Shown: in pieces, positions 33,607 to 42,669 of the stretch | Layout of the letters: each line of letters begins with the position of its first letter | How positions within the stretch are numbered: the stretch's first letter is position 1 | DNA from: an uncultured Gammaproteobacteria bacterium | Lineage (GTDB): Bacteria > Pseudomonadota > Gammaproteobacteria > UBA9214 | DNA: 64,000 nucleotides | Direction: 5' to 3' | Assembly: GCA_963773065.1 (NCBI GenBank) | Contig: CAVYZN010000032.1 | Span: 96,001 to 160,000, forward strand | Notes under the pieces: model-generated | Told to the model about the DNA's origin: nothing | The model's input: only the letters and a program-made list of their open reading frames with translations | The model's database searches: none | Translations under genes and position numbers: made by a program

Positions 33607-35404
33607 TCAGTTTCCGGACCACAGGATCAGATGCTCGACCGCCGGCCCCAGGGCCAAAGCCGGCACATAGGTCAGCGCGCCGACCAGCAGCACCGTGCCG
33701 ACCAGGAGACTCACGAACAGCGGCCCGTGCGTCGGCAGGGTGCCGGGTCCGTGCGCCAGGCGTTTCTTCGCGGCGAGCGAACCGGCGATCGCCAGCACCG
33801 GGACGATCACGGCGAAGCGTCCGAACCACATGGCCACTCCGAGCCAGCCGTTATAGAACGGCGTGTTGGCGCCCAGGCCCGCGAAGGCGCTGCCATTGTT
33901 GTTGGCGGCGGACGAGAACGCGTACAGGACCTCCGAGAAGCCATGCGCGCCCGGATTGAAGATGGTCGCCTTGCCGCCGCTCGCCAGCACCCCGATCGCG
34001 GTGCCGAGCAGCACCAGCGCCGGGGTGGCGAGAATCCCGATCGAGACCATCTTCATGTCGAAGGATTCGATCTTCTTGCCGAGGTATTCCGGCGTGCGAC
34101 CGATCATGAGCCCGGCGACGAACACCGCCATGATGGCGTAGAGCAGCATGCCGTACAGGCCCGAGCCGGTGCCGCCGAACACGACCTCGCCCAGCTGCAT
34201 CATGCCACATCGGCACCAGGCCGCCGAGCGGGGTGAATGAGTCGTGCATGGCGTTGACCGAGCCGTTCGAGGCGAGGTGGTCGCGACCGCCCACAGCGCC
34301 GAGGCGCCGATGCCGTAGCGGGTCTCCTTGCCTTCCATGTTGCCGCCCGGATTGCAGCGCGCTCGCCGTCTGATCGGCGCCGAGCTTGGCGAGCAGCGGA
34401 TTGCCCTGCTGCTCGAACGTCGTGGCCGCGATTTCCGCGCCGACGAAGATCACCGTCATCGCCGCCAGCACCGCCCAGCCCTGGCGGGTGTCGCCGACCG
34501 CCCTGCCGAAGGTATAACACAGCGCCGCCGGGATCAGCAGGATCGCCAGCATCTCCAGGAAGTTGGACACGGACGTCGGGTTCTCATACGGATGCGCGGA
34601 GTTGACGTTGAGGAAACCGCCACCGTTGGTGCCGAGCATCTTGATCGATCCTGCGAGGCGGCCGGCCCCATGGGCAGGGTCTGCTGGGTCACGGTCAGGG
34701 TTTCGGTGACCGCCTGGCCCGCGGCGTCCTTCACCGGCTGCCCGGCGGCGTCGAGCTTCGGCGCCTCGTAGGTCGTCGGTTCGAGCGTGGTGACCTCCTG
34801 GTAGGCGGAGAAATTCTGGATCACGCCCTGGCTCACCAATACCAGCGCAAAGACAAACGACAGCGGCAGCAGCAGGTAGACCGTGATGCGATAGAGATCG
34901 GCCCAGAAGTTGCCGATGGTTTGCGCCGAATGGCGCGCGAAGCCGCGGATCAGGGCGTACACCACGGCGATGCCGGTCGCGGCCGAGACGAAGTTCTGCA
35001 CCGCGAGCCCGAGCATCTGGGTGAGATAGCTCATGGTGGCCTCGCCGCCGTAGCCCTGCCAGTTGGTGTTGGTCACGAAGCTGATGGCGGTGTTGAAGCT
35101 CGAGTCCGGCGTGACGTTCGGCATCTGCTGCGGATTGAGCGGCAGGCACGACTGCAGGCGCTGCAGCGCGTACACCACGATGAATCCGACCAGGCTGAAC
35201 ACCAGCACCGCCAGCGCGTACTCGCGCCAGCTCATTTCCTCGCGCCCGATGCCGCACAAGCGGAACACGCCGTTCTCGAGCCGCGCGAGCGGCTGCCAGC
35301 GCGGCGCTTCCATCAATTTGGCCATGTACAGGCCGAGCGGCTTGACCGCCGCCAGCAGCACGAGCCAGATAAACCGCCAACAGCAACCAGGATTGGGTGG
35401 TCAT
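33607..35404 (-). CDS. kdpA: K+-transporting ATPase subunit A (several apparent frameshifts)
   Basis: [37 protein letters not shown] across ORF fragments. Confidence 0.93.
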
Positions 35405-35494
35405 TTAGAAGTCCTCCGCCTTGATCAGGGCGTAGACGAGATAGCCCAGTAACAGCACCGCGACCACGGCGCCGATCACGTAGATCGCACTCAT
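35405..35494 (-). CDS. kdpF: K+-transporting ATPase subunit F
   Basis: Manual translation MSAIYVIGAVVAVLLLGYLVYALIKAEDF*; abuts the kdpA start. Confidence 0.9.
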   Translation of the reverse strand: MSAIYVIGAVVAVLLLGYLVYALIKAEDF

Positions 35495-35498
35495 GTTG

Positions 35499-35591
35499 TC
35501 ACCTCCGCGGCATCAGCCGATCGCAACCGACCGCAAGCCCGACGAGTATGAGAAAGAACACGCCAGCCAGCGCGCACCAGATGATGTCCAT
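35499..35591 (-). CDS. 30-aa single-TM peptide upstream of kdpF
   Basis: MDIIWCALAGVFFLILVGLAVGCDRLMPRR*; GGAGGGA RBS. Confidence 0.75.
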   Translation of the reverse strand: MDIIWCALAGVFFLILVGLAVGCDRLMPRR

Positions 35592-35668
35592 AGTCCCTCC
35601 CGATTGAATGATCCGACCCATAGGATAGGGGTCCGGGTATTAAATCGACGGAAAGAATACGGCCAACG

Positions 35669-35686
35669 GTATAAAAAAACTGTAAA
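35669..35686 (-). promoter_or_regulatory. KdpE-binding-like T-rich box
   Basis: TTTACAGTTTTTTTATAC on the minus strand upstream of the kdp operon. Confidence 0.65.
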
Positions 35687-35875
35687 CGCCGCCGGCATGC
35701 CCGGGGCCCGACCGGCGGGTTCGAAAGGAGAACTACCCCGCCGCGCCGCTGTTCTTGCGGTGTGTAAGGGACTCGAAAAGAGCGGGGGTCTTTCCTGGGC
35801 GGGTCAGCAGCCTGGAGAGTGATATTAAGAAAGGGAAAATACCGAGACCATCACAAGTAATGCCAGGGATCCGGG

Positions 35876-36370
35876 CTAGCGTGGATTTTTTTCAAGCCAC
35901 TCCCGCGCCAGTTTCACGGCCTCCGCGATTTCGGCCGAGGTCATGTGGGCGGCTATGATTGTCCGGTTCTCTATGGCCGTTTTCTCTCCGTTTGCATCCG
36001 CGATATCGAACCACATGTGGGCCATGACATAGTCCTGCCGTACCCCTTGCCCGTGGGCATACAGGTAGCCCACATTGTTCTGCGAACCCGCGATGCCTTG
36101 TTCAGCGGCGGTAAGAAAACATTTCATCGCTTTCTCGTAATCCCGATAAACGCCATATCCGTTGTAATACATGACACCCAGATTATGGAGCGCCTCTATC
36201 TCGCCGCTGTCGGCCAATTGCTGGTATTCACGGAATGCCGTCGCATAGTCTCCGTTTCTTTCCGCGGCAACCGCCTCATCCCAATCGCCCGAGACCTGAC
36301 AAGATCCGGCCAGCATGAGGCCGAGGGTTAGTGTTCTGATGATGTTAAGTCCGTGTTCGCTGGAAGACAT
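35876..36370 (-). CDS. Sel1-repeat secreted protein
   Basis: ALHNLGVMYYNGYGV, SQNNVGYLYAHGQGVRQDYVMAHMWF. Confidence 0.9.
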   Translation of the reverse strand: MSSSEHGLNIIRTLTLGLMLAGSCQVSGDWDEAVAAERNGDYATAFREYQQLADSGEIEALHNLGVMYYNGYGVYRDYEKAMKCFLTAAEQGIAGSQNNVGYLYAHGQGVRQDYVMAHMWFDIADANGEKTAIENRTIIAAHMTSAEIAEAVKLAREWLEKNPR

Positions 36371-36533
36371 GGCTTGTAGTGATGGTTCAACGTTTGGTTT
36401 GAGTCATCGGAATGCCGCCGCCGGCATAATCATGGGCGCGGCGACGGCGTTTCAGCGGCATCAGGATTATTTCCGCCACTGGTTTACCACGTTATTTCAT
36501 GGTTACCGGTTGGTATATTGTCCTTTGGTACGT

Positions 36534-36635
36534 GACGTGCAGGGACGCACTAATGCCGCGGGCGCAAGGATGCGCGGGAGCGGTGACGTGCAGGGACGCA
36601 CTAATGCCGCGGGCGCAGGGATGCGCGGGAGCAGC
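36534..36635. repeat. Two tandem 51-bp units of short element family A
   Basis: gacgtgcagggacgcactaatgccgcgggcgca(a/g)ggatgcgcgggagc twice; same family inserted at 46612 and 46918. Confidence 0.9.
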
Positions 36636-36681
36636 GCGGCTGGTGTCAGATAAGGCATGCCTGCTGCTACACTGGCGCGCC

Positions 36682-38112
36682 ATGACCCCCGACACCCGCT
36701 ACCCCGGCCTTGCCCGCAGACCGCTGCCGCGCTTTCCCGGCTGGTGGGCGGCGCTGGGGCCGGGCATCGTGTGGATGGCGCTCGCCCAGGGCAGCGGCGA
36801 GCTGATCTGGTGGCCCTATATGATCGCCAAATACGGGCTCGCCTTCCTGTTCCTGCTCATCCCCGCCTGCCTGCTGCAGTATCCCCTCAATCTGGAGATC
36901 GGCCGCTACACCCTGCTCACCGGCGAGAGCGTTTTCCACGGCTTCTTCCGCCTGAGCCGTACGCTGGGCGTGATTTTGTGGCTGCTGATGACGCTGTCGT
37001 TCCTGTGGTTCGGCGCCTTCGCCTCCGCGGGCGGCACGGCGCTCGCCGCGCTCACGCATTTCCCCGCCGGCTGGAGCCCGCGCGCGCAGACCCTGTTCTG
37101 GGGCTATGCATCGATCGCCGTGTTCGTGCTCGCGGTGCTGTTCTCCGGCGTGGTCTACACGCTGGTGGAACGCTTCATGAAGGGCGTGGCGATCATCACC
37201 GTCGCGGGACTGCTGTGGGCCTGCCTGCAGCCGCAGGTGCTGGAGGCGACGCCCGCGTTCCTGCAGGGCCTGCTGGGTCCGCCGGGCGCCATGCCGCGTC
37301 CCTGGGACCCGGCGGACGCCACCAAGCTGCTCACCGCCATCACCTTCGCGGGCCTGGGCGGCTTCTGGATCCTGTTCTATTCCTACTGGCTGCGCGACAA
37401 GGGCGCGGGCATGGCGGCGCACATCGGGAGGATCACCGGACCCATCGTGGGCAAGCCCGAGGCGGTGACGGCGGACGGCTACCTGCCCGAGGACACTCCC
37501 GCGGCGCGCGCCGAATGGCGGCGCTGGAACCGCTATCTCGGCGTGGACGCGTTCATCGGCGTGGGCGGCAACCTGCTGACCACGCTGCTCACCTGCCTGC
37601 TCGCCTATGCGCTGCTCTTCCCGCAGGGCCTGCTGCCGCAGGACTATGAGCTTGCCGTGGTGCAGAGCCGCTTCTTCGAGGTGAGCTGGGGCGAGGCGGG
37701 GCGCATCCTGTTCCTGCTGGTGGCGGCGGCCTTCCTCACCGACACCTGGCTTGCCACCGCGGATGCGGTGAGCCGCATGCAGGCCGACATCGTGCAGATC
37801 GTGTTTCCGCGCGCGCGGCGCCTGGCGCAGCGCCAGTGGTACTATGTATTCTTCGCGCTGCTGACCGTCGTCACCTGCCTCACCATGTTGCTGGACGCGC
37901 CCGGTCCGCTGATCCTGACCAGCGCCGTGATCGGCTTCGCGGGCACGGTGATCTTCCCGGCAGCGCTGTACCTGTTGAATCATCGCCGCCTGGCGCCGGC
38001 GCTGCCGGCCTGGGCGCGCCCGGCGCCCGGCACGCGCTGGCTGCTGGGGATCGCCTTCCTGGCCTATCTGCTGCTGGCCATCGCATATCTCTACGTAACG
38101 CTGCGCGGCTGA
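36682..38112 (+). CDS. Nramp-like multi-pass membrane transporter
   Basis: LGPGIVWMALAQGSGELIWWP, EIGRYTLLTGES; about 11 TM helices. Confidence 0.8.
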   Translation: MTPDTRYPGLARRPLPRFPGWWAALGPGIVWMALAQGSGELIWWPYMIAKYGLAFLFLLIPACLLQYPLNLEIGRYTLLTGESVFHGFFRLSRTLGVILWLLMTLSFLWFGAFASAGGTALAALTHFPAGWSPRAQTLFWGYASIAVFVLAVLFSGVVYTLVERFMKGVAIITVAGLLWACLQPQVLEATPAFLQGLLGPPGAMPRPWDPADATKLLTAITFAGLGGFWILFYSYWLRDKGAGMAAHIGRITGPIVGKPEAVTADGYLPEDTPAARAEWRRWNRYLGVDAFIGVGGNLLTTLLTCLLAYALLFPQGLLPQDYELAVVQSRFFEVSWGEAGRILFLLVAAAFLTDTWLATADAVSRMQADIVQIVFPRARRLAQRQWYYVFFALLTVVTCLTMLLDAPGPLILTSAVIGFAGTVIFPAALYLLNHRRLAPALPAWARPAPGTRWLLGIAFLAYLLLAIAYLYVTLRG

Positions 38113-38256
38113 CCGGCGCCGCGGCCATGGACCGCAGACATGTGATAGGTAGGGTGCCGTTTCACCAGCGCGGAGGGGTATGAGATTCCCAGGCCGGCAA
38201 GTCGTTCTTCATATGTCGAGGTGGCGGCGTAGGGTGGCACAATAAATCTGTCACCT

Positions 38257-38472
38257 TTATTGCGGGTACACCCGGTCGGCGAGCGCGCCGTAGAAGCGTT
38301 CGCACAACCGGTGGCGTACTTCCTGTTGCGACAATCCGGGCGGGAAGGAGGCAAGCGCCAGCGTGCGCGCGGTTTCGAACAGGCTCGCGCCCATGGCGAT
38401 GCGTTCAGCGCCGGTGAGCGCGCGGTAGCGCTTACGCAGGTAGCGCTCGACTTTCGGGGTGGTGTCACGCAT
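38257..38472 (-). CDS. Small hypothetical protein coupled to the nucleotidyltransferase
   Basis: Start overlaps the upstream gene's end; MRDTTPKV...LTGAERIAMGASLFE...RFYG. Confidence 0.75.
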   Translation of the reverse strand: MRDTTPKVERYLRKRYRALTGAERIAMGASLFETARTLALASFPPGLSQQEVRHRLCERFYGALADRVYPQ

Positions 38473-39010
38473 GCCGGCATTTCTCCATTAACGCCGCCAC
38501 GCCGAGGCGCGCGGCCCACTCACGCAAATATTCATCATCCGCTCCCGAGGCGAGCAGGTTGCGCACGTCACGCAGTTGCAGTTCCGACGCGGAATCCTTG
38601 GCCCAGACAAGCTTGGAAAGAATCAGGTCCTCCTTGGCTGCGATCCAGGTGCGAAAACCCGGAAGCTCGACCGACCGGCGGCGGGCGAACTCGACCCGGC
38701 GGTAAGCCTCGTCCTTGCGAACGATGACATCCACTTTAACCACGCTCTCGATATGAACCAGATTGAACATGCCTTGTAACCGGATCGCCTGTTCCAGATC
38801 GGGTGGTACGTAGTAGTCGGACTCGAACAGCGCCTGCAATCGCGGTGCATCGGCGGGATCGATCGCGACGACAAGATCGATGTCACGCGTCATGCGCGGC
38901 TCGGCGTAGTAGTTCATGGCCACCGACCCGGTCAACATGTATTCGATGCTCGCCCTTTCCAGCCTGCCGCCGACGTCCTGCAACACCTCCAGCTCAGTCA
39001 GCATTTCCAT
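38465..39010 (-). CDS. Nucleotidyltransferase-superfamily protein (DUF6036/AbiEii-like)
   Basis: YMLTGSVAM, PRMTRDIDLV, EDLILSKL, QLRDV. Confidence 0.8.
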   Translation of the reverse strand: MEMLTELEVLQDVGGRLERASIEYMLTGSVAMNYYAEPRMTRDIDLVVAIDPADAPRLQALFESDYYVPPDLEQAIRLQGMFNLVHIESVVKVDVIVRKDEAYRRVEFARRRSVELPGFRTWIAAKEDLILSKLVWAKDSASELQLRDVRNLLASGADDEYLREWAARLGVAALMEKCRHA

Positions 39011-39120
39011 GAGTTGCCATTTGTATCGTATTATTCTTTGGCGAAAATCGCGTAGCGTTTTTTTTTCATCTGGAATTGCCTGTTGCGTGGTGTAACTTTA
39101 CATGCTCACAAAAAACATCG

Positions 39121-39366
39121 CTAAACATCATCTACATAAAGACGTTTTCCATATGAAAATCCGCTCAGCTTCCCTTCAGAGATCATTCGTTCTATATCCT
39201 CAATTGTTAAATCCCTAGAATCGGCGTACGATTCTACGAGAACCGGATTGGTTAAATATTGTGATGCTTTCCGTAAACCAAGCATATCCGCCGGAACAAG
39301 GATCCAATTGAATCCACCTACGAATGCACCATATAGCAAGATCTTTACAAAGCCAAATGTGCGCAT
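39121..39366 (-). CDS. AT-rich orphan hypothetical protein
   Basis: 81-aa ORF (MRTFGFVK...) with hydrophobic N-terminus in a low-GC patch. Confidence 0.5.
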   Translation of the reverse strand: MRTFGFVKILLYGAFVGGFNWILVPADMLGLRKASQYLTNPVLVESYADSRDLTIEDIERMISEGKLSGFSYGKRLYVDDV

Positions 39367-39441
39367 GCTACTTGCTTCTGAATGTAATGAGTCGGCAATA
39401 ACTGCAAACAGTGAAAATGCGACAATTGTATCGACAACAAG

Positions 39442-39512
39442 CCGGCAGGGTGGTATCTGCAAGGGCTGATGCAGGCTGGGGAGCGCAAGAGCGTGGAGCC
39501 GATGGCGGCGCG
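39442..39512 (+). pseudogene. IS701-family transposase fragment
   Basis: Reads PAGWYLQGLMQAGERKSVEPMAAR; cut off at the adjacent oriIS. Confidence 0.7.
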
Positions 39513-39513
39513 A

Positions 39514-40092
39514 GTAAAGGAAGAATAAACGCCCTTTTCCCCCAAGTCCACGGGTAGTTCACAGGCAACACGCAGCCATTCGCCCTCTCGCTGTCCACGA
39601 AATCGGTCGGAATTTTACCACTGCCGGGGAAATCATTCCCTTTCCTTCTCTCCCTTCCCTCAATCTCTGGCCGATTCCGGCCAGCAGGCAAACCGATACC
39701 CTACCACTTCTGCAAAGTCGTCAACTCGAGTTGAATAGTCGGTTTTTTAGGTTCAGTCTAACAGGCCCACTTGCCTGCTTGTGCGTTGCATGCTGACCGG
39801 CGGCGGCGCACGGCTTTGGGGTAATGGCATCGATTCTGTTGCGGCGGCTTTTTCGTTCAGGTGGGTAAGTATTTTCTTGAGGGCCTGCCCCACGAAGTGC
39901 TTTGGGCATTACCACCGGATCTTCGATGCAGGCAAGAGCCTGCCCCGCGAGCGCAGCGAGTGCTTTGGGCATGATCCTGACCGCGCCACCGCATGCGTGG
40001 CAGGTCTCGATGTCGATGTCGATTAAAGGCCTACTTTTGGTGAACACCCGCTTGAGGCGTTGTGCCGAAGTCATCGAGGCGCGTCGCTTGGC
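39514..40092 (-). mobile_element. ISCR/IS91-family 3' remnant with oriIS at 39514-39534
   Basis: RRASMTSAQRLKRVF..IDIETCHACGGAVRI..ACIEDPVV..KKILTHL; ends gggcgtttattcttcctttac. Confidence 0.85.
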
Positions 40093-40171
40093 GAGCCGCG
40101 CAGCGCCCCGAGCAGGCCCTTGAGGAGATCGATGGGCGTGGGCGGGCAGCCGGGGATCATCACGTCCACGG
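40092..40171 (-). pseudogene. C-terminal fragment of a NuoB/HyfI-like (group 4 hydrogenase small) subunit
   Basis: PVDVMIPGCPPTPIDLLKGLLGAL. Confidence 0.7.
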
Positions 40172-40985
40172 GCTCACCGCCATCACCTTCGCGGGCCTGG
40201 GCGGCTTCTGGATCCTGTTCTATTCCTACTGGCTGCGCGACAAGGGCGCGGGCATGGCCTCGCACATCGGGCGCATCACCGGACCCATCGTGGGCAAGCC
40301 CGAGGCGGTGACGGCGGACGGCTACCTGCCCGAGGACACCCCCGCGGCGCGCGCCGAATGGCGGCGCTGGAACCGCTATCTCGGCGTGGACGCGTTCATC
40401 GGCGTGGGCGGCAACCTGCTGACCACGCTGCTCACCTGTCTGCTGGCCTATGCGCTGCTCTTCCCGCAGGGCCTGCTGCCGCAGGACTATGACCTTGCCG
40501 TGGTGCAGAGCCGCTTCTTCGAGGTGAGCTGGGGCGAGGCGGGGCGCATCCTGTTCCTGCTCGTGGCGGCGGCCTTCCTCACCGACACCTGGCTCGCCAC
40601 CGCGGATGCGGTGAGCCGCATGCAGGCCGACATCGTGCAGATCGTGTTTCCGCGCGCGCGGCGCCTGGCGCAGCGCCAGTGGTACTATGTATTCTTCGCG
40701 CTGCTGACCGTCGTCACCTGCCTCACCATGTTGCTGGACGCGCCCGGTCCGCTGATCCTGACCAGCGCCGTGATCGGCTTCGCGGGCACGGTGATCTTCC
40801 CGGCGGCGCTGTACCTGTTGAATCATCGCCGCCTGGCGCCGGCGCTGCCGGCCTGGGCGCGCCCCGCGCGCGGCGCGCGCTGGCTGCTGGGGATCGCCTT
40901 CCTGGCCTATCTGCTGCTGGCCGTCGCATATCTCTACGTAACGCTGCGCGGCTGACCGGCGCCGCGGCAATGGACCGCGGATATG
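40172..40985 (+). repeat. Direct repeat (~814 bp) of 37329-38142: 5'-truncated copy of the Nramp-like gene
   Basis: Collinear at offset 2843 with scattered substitutions (e.g. QDYE/QDYD, PAPGT/PARGA). Confidence 0.95.
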
Positions 40986-41040
40986 CGAATAGAAATGGGC
41001 CACATTTTCCGTTGAGATACTAAGGTCCTTCCTTGATATA

Positions 41041-41173
41041 GCAACTTTGCAGGGGCACGCGGTCCGGGATGGGCTTGCCGGAACACGCCGTGAATGCATC
41101 GCCTGGACGGCTGGGCACCCGAGCCGTACAGGGATGTATTCACGGCGTGTTCCGGCAAGCCCATCCCGGACCG
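41041..41173. repeat. MITE-like palindromic element, copy 2 (see 20397)
   Basis: gcggtccgggatgggcttgccggaacacgccgtgaat / attcacggcgtgttccggcaagcccatcccggaccgc. Confidence 0.9.
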
Positions 41174-41292
41174 CATGACAGGTGATGGTCTTGAAAACAG
41201 GGGCAAGGAGTTTGTAAGGCAGGGGTATCAAACGTGGTCTGTCCCCGTGGGTTTGTGGTATAAGTCGCACACTTTCCAATGGAGCGACGATC

Positions 41293-42453
41293 TTGAAATC
41301 ACGATACCGGTCGGTGGCATGGTTGCTGGTGGCGGGCGCCCTGGCCGCGGGCTGTGGCAAGCAGGAGAGCGGCACGGCCGCCGGCGAGACGGTCGTCAGG
41401 ATCGGTTCGGTGGCGCCGCTCACCGGTCCGCAGGCCCACCTCGGCAAGGACAATGACAATGGCGCGCGACTGGCGATGGACGATATCAACGCCGCCGGGC
41501 TCACGCTGGGGGGCAAGCAGGCCCGCATCGAACTGATCAGCGAAGACGATCAGGCCGACCCGCGCATCGCGACCATCATCGCGCAGAAATTCGTCGATAA
41601 CGGCGTCGCCGGCGTGATCGGGCATCTCAATTCCGGGGCCACCATACCCGCCTCGAAGATCTACCACGATGCCGGCATACCGCAGATTTCCCCGTCCGCC
41701 ACCGCCATCGCCTATACCGCGCAAGGCTTCGAGACGGCCTTCCGGGTCATGACCAACGACGAGCAACAGGGCAAGGTGCTGGGGCAGTTCGCGGTCAACA
41801 CGCTGGGCGCGAAGCGGATAGCCATCATCGACGATCGCACCGCCTACGGCCAGGGGCTGGCGGATGAATTCGAAAAATCCGCCAGGGCCTCGGGCGCGCA
41901 GATCGTGACGCGGGAATTCACCTCCGACCGTTCCACGGACTTCATGGCGATCCTGACCTCGATCAAGGGCAAGGATCCGCAATTGGTGTTTTACGGCGGC
42001 ATGGACGCGCAGGGCGGGCCGATGGCGAGGCAGATGAAGGAACTGGGGCTCGGCGCGCGGCTGCTGGGCGCCGACGGCATGCAGACCGCCGAGTTCCTCA
42101 AGCTCGCGGGCGCGAATGCGGAAGGGGTGGTGGCCTCATCGCCGGGCTTGTCGCTCTCGGCCATGCCGGAGGGCCAGACGTTCAAGCAAAAATTCAACGC
42201 GCGTTACGGCGAGATCCAGAACTACGCGCCCTATGCCTACGATGCCGTGCAGGTGATGGTCGCGGCGATGCGCCGCGCCGATTCCGCCGATCCGCGGATC
42301 TACCTGCCGGAAATCGCCAGGACCGATTATCAGGGCGTGACCGGCCATATCCGCTTTGACGCCAAGGGCGATGTCGCGGGCGGCTATGTGACACTCTATC
42401 AGGTGAAGAACGGCGCCTGGCAGGTGCTCGAAACCGTCGAGAGCGGGAAGTAG
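41293..42453 (+). CDS. livK: Branched-chain amino acid ABC transporter substrate-binding lipoprotein
   Basis: Lipobox LAAGC, APLTG, DDQADP, GHLNSG, AYGQGLA. Confidence 0.88.
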   Translation: MKSRYRSVAWLLVAGALAAGCGKQESGTAAGETVVRIGSVAPLTGPQAHLGKDNDNGARLAMDDINAAGLTLGGKQARIELISEDDQADPRIATIIAQKFVDNGVAGVIGHLNSGATIPASKIYHDAGIPQISPSATAIAYTAQGFETAFRVMTNDEQQGKVLGQFAVNTLGAKRIAIIDDRTAYGQGLADEFEKSARASGAQIVTREFTSDRSTDFMAILTSIKGKDPQLVFYGGMDAQGGPMARQMKELGLGARLLGADGMQTAEFLKLAGANAEGVVASSPGLSLSAMPEGQTFKQKFNARYGEIQNYAPYAYDAVQVMVAAMRRADSADPRIYLPEIARTDYQGVTGHIRFDAKGDVAGGYVTLYQVKNGAWQVLETVESGK

Positions 42454-42459
42454 CCTATA

Positions 42460-42548
42460 GCCACGGAAGCACACGGAAGACATCGGACATGATGTTCCAG
42501 CTGACCATCGAATGTCCTAGGATGACTCTGATTGTCCGTGTGCCTTCG
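42460..42548. repeat. GCCACGGAA-family element, degenerate copy 3
   Basis: gccacggaagcacacggaaga ... tccgtgtgccttc. Confidence 0.65.
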
Positions 42549-42669
42549 ACCAGTCGGTCGCAAATGGACGTCATTATAGGAGACTGACACTCCCTTAAGC
42601 AAGCGCCATTACATCCCTCGCCCTGTCTCAGGTAAACTTCCCGCCCTGGCGGTATCGGACAGGTAAGCC

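Noticed and set aside
36534-36635. Tandem repeats as a CRISPR array
   Set aside because: Two abutting units with no spacers and no cas genes; the unit is a dispersed element.
39010-39440. AT-rich orphan ORF as an integron cassette
   Set aside because: No convincing attC site with paired R boxes and no integrase in the window.
39881-39971. Two similar 28-36 bp repeats separated by 27 bp as a mini-CRISPR
   Set aside because: The apparent spacer is in-register transposase sequence (ACIEDPVV), so these are insertions into a gene.
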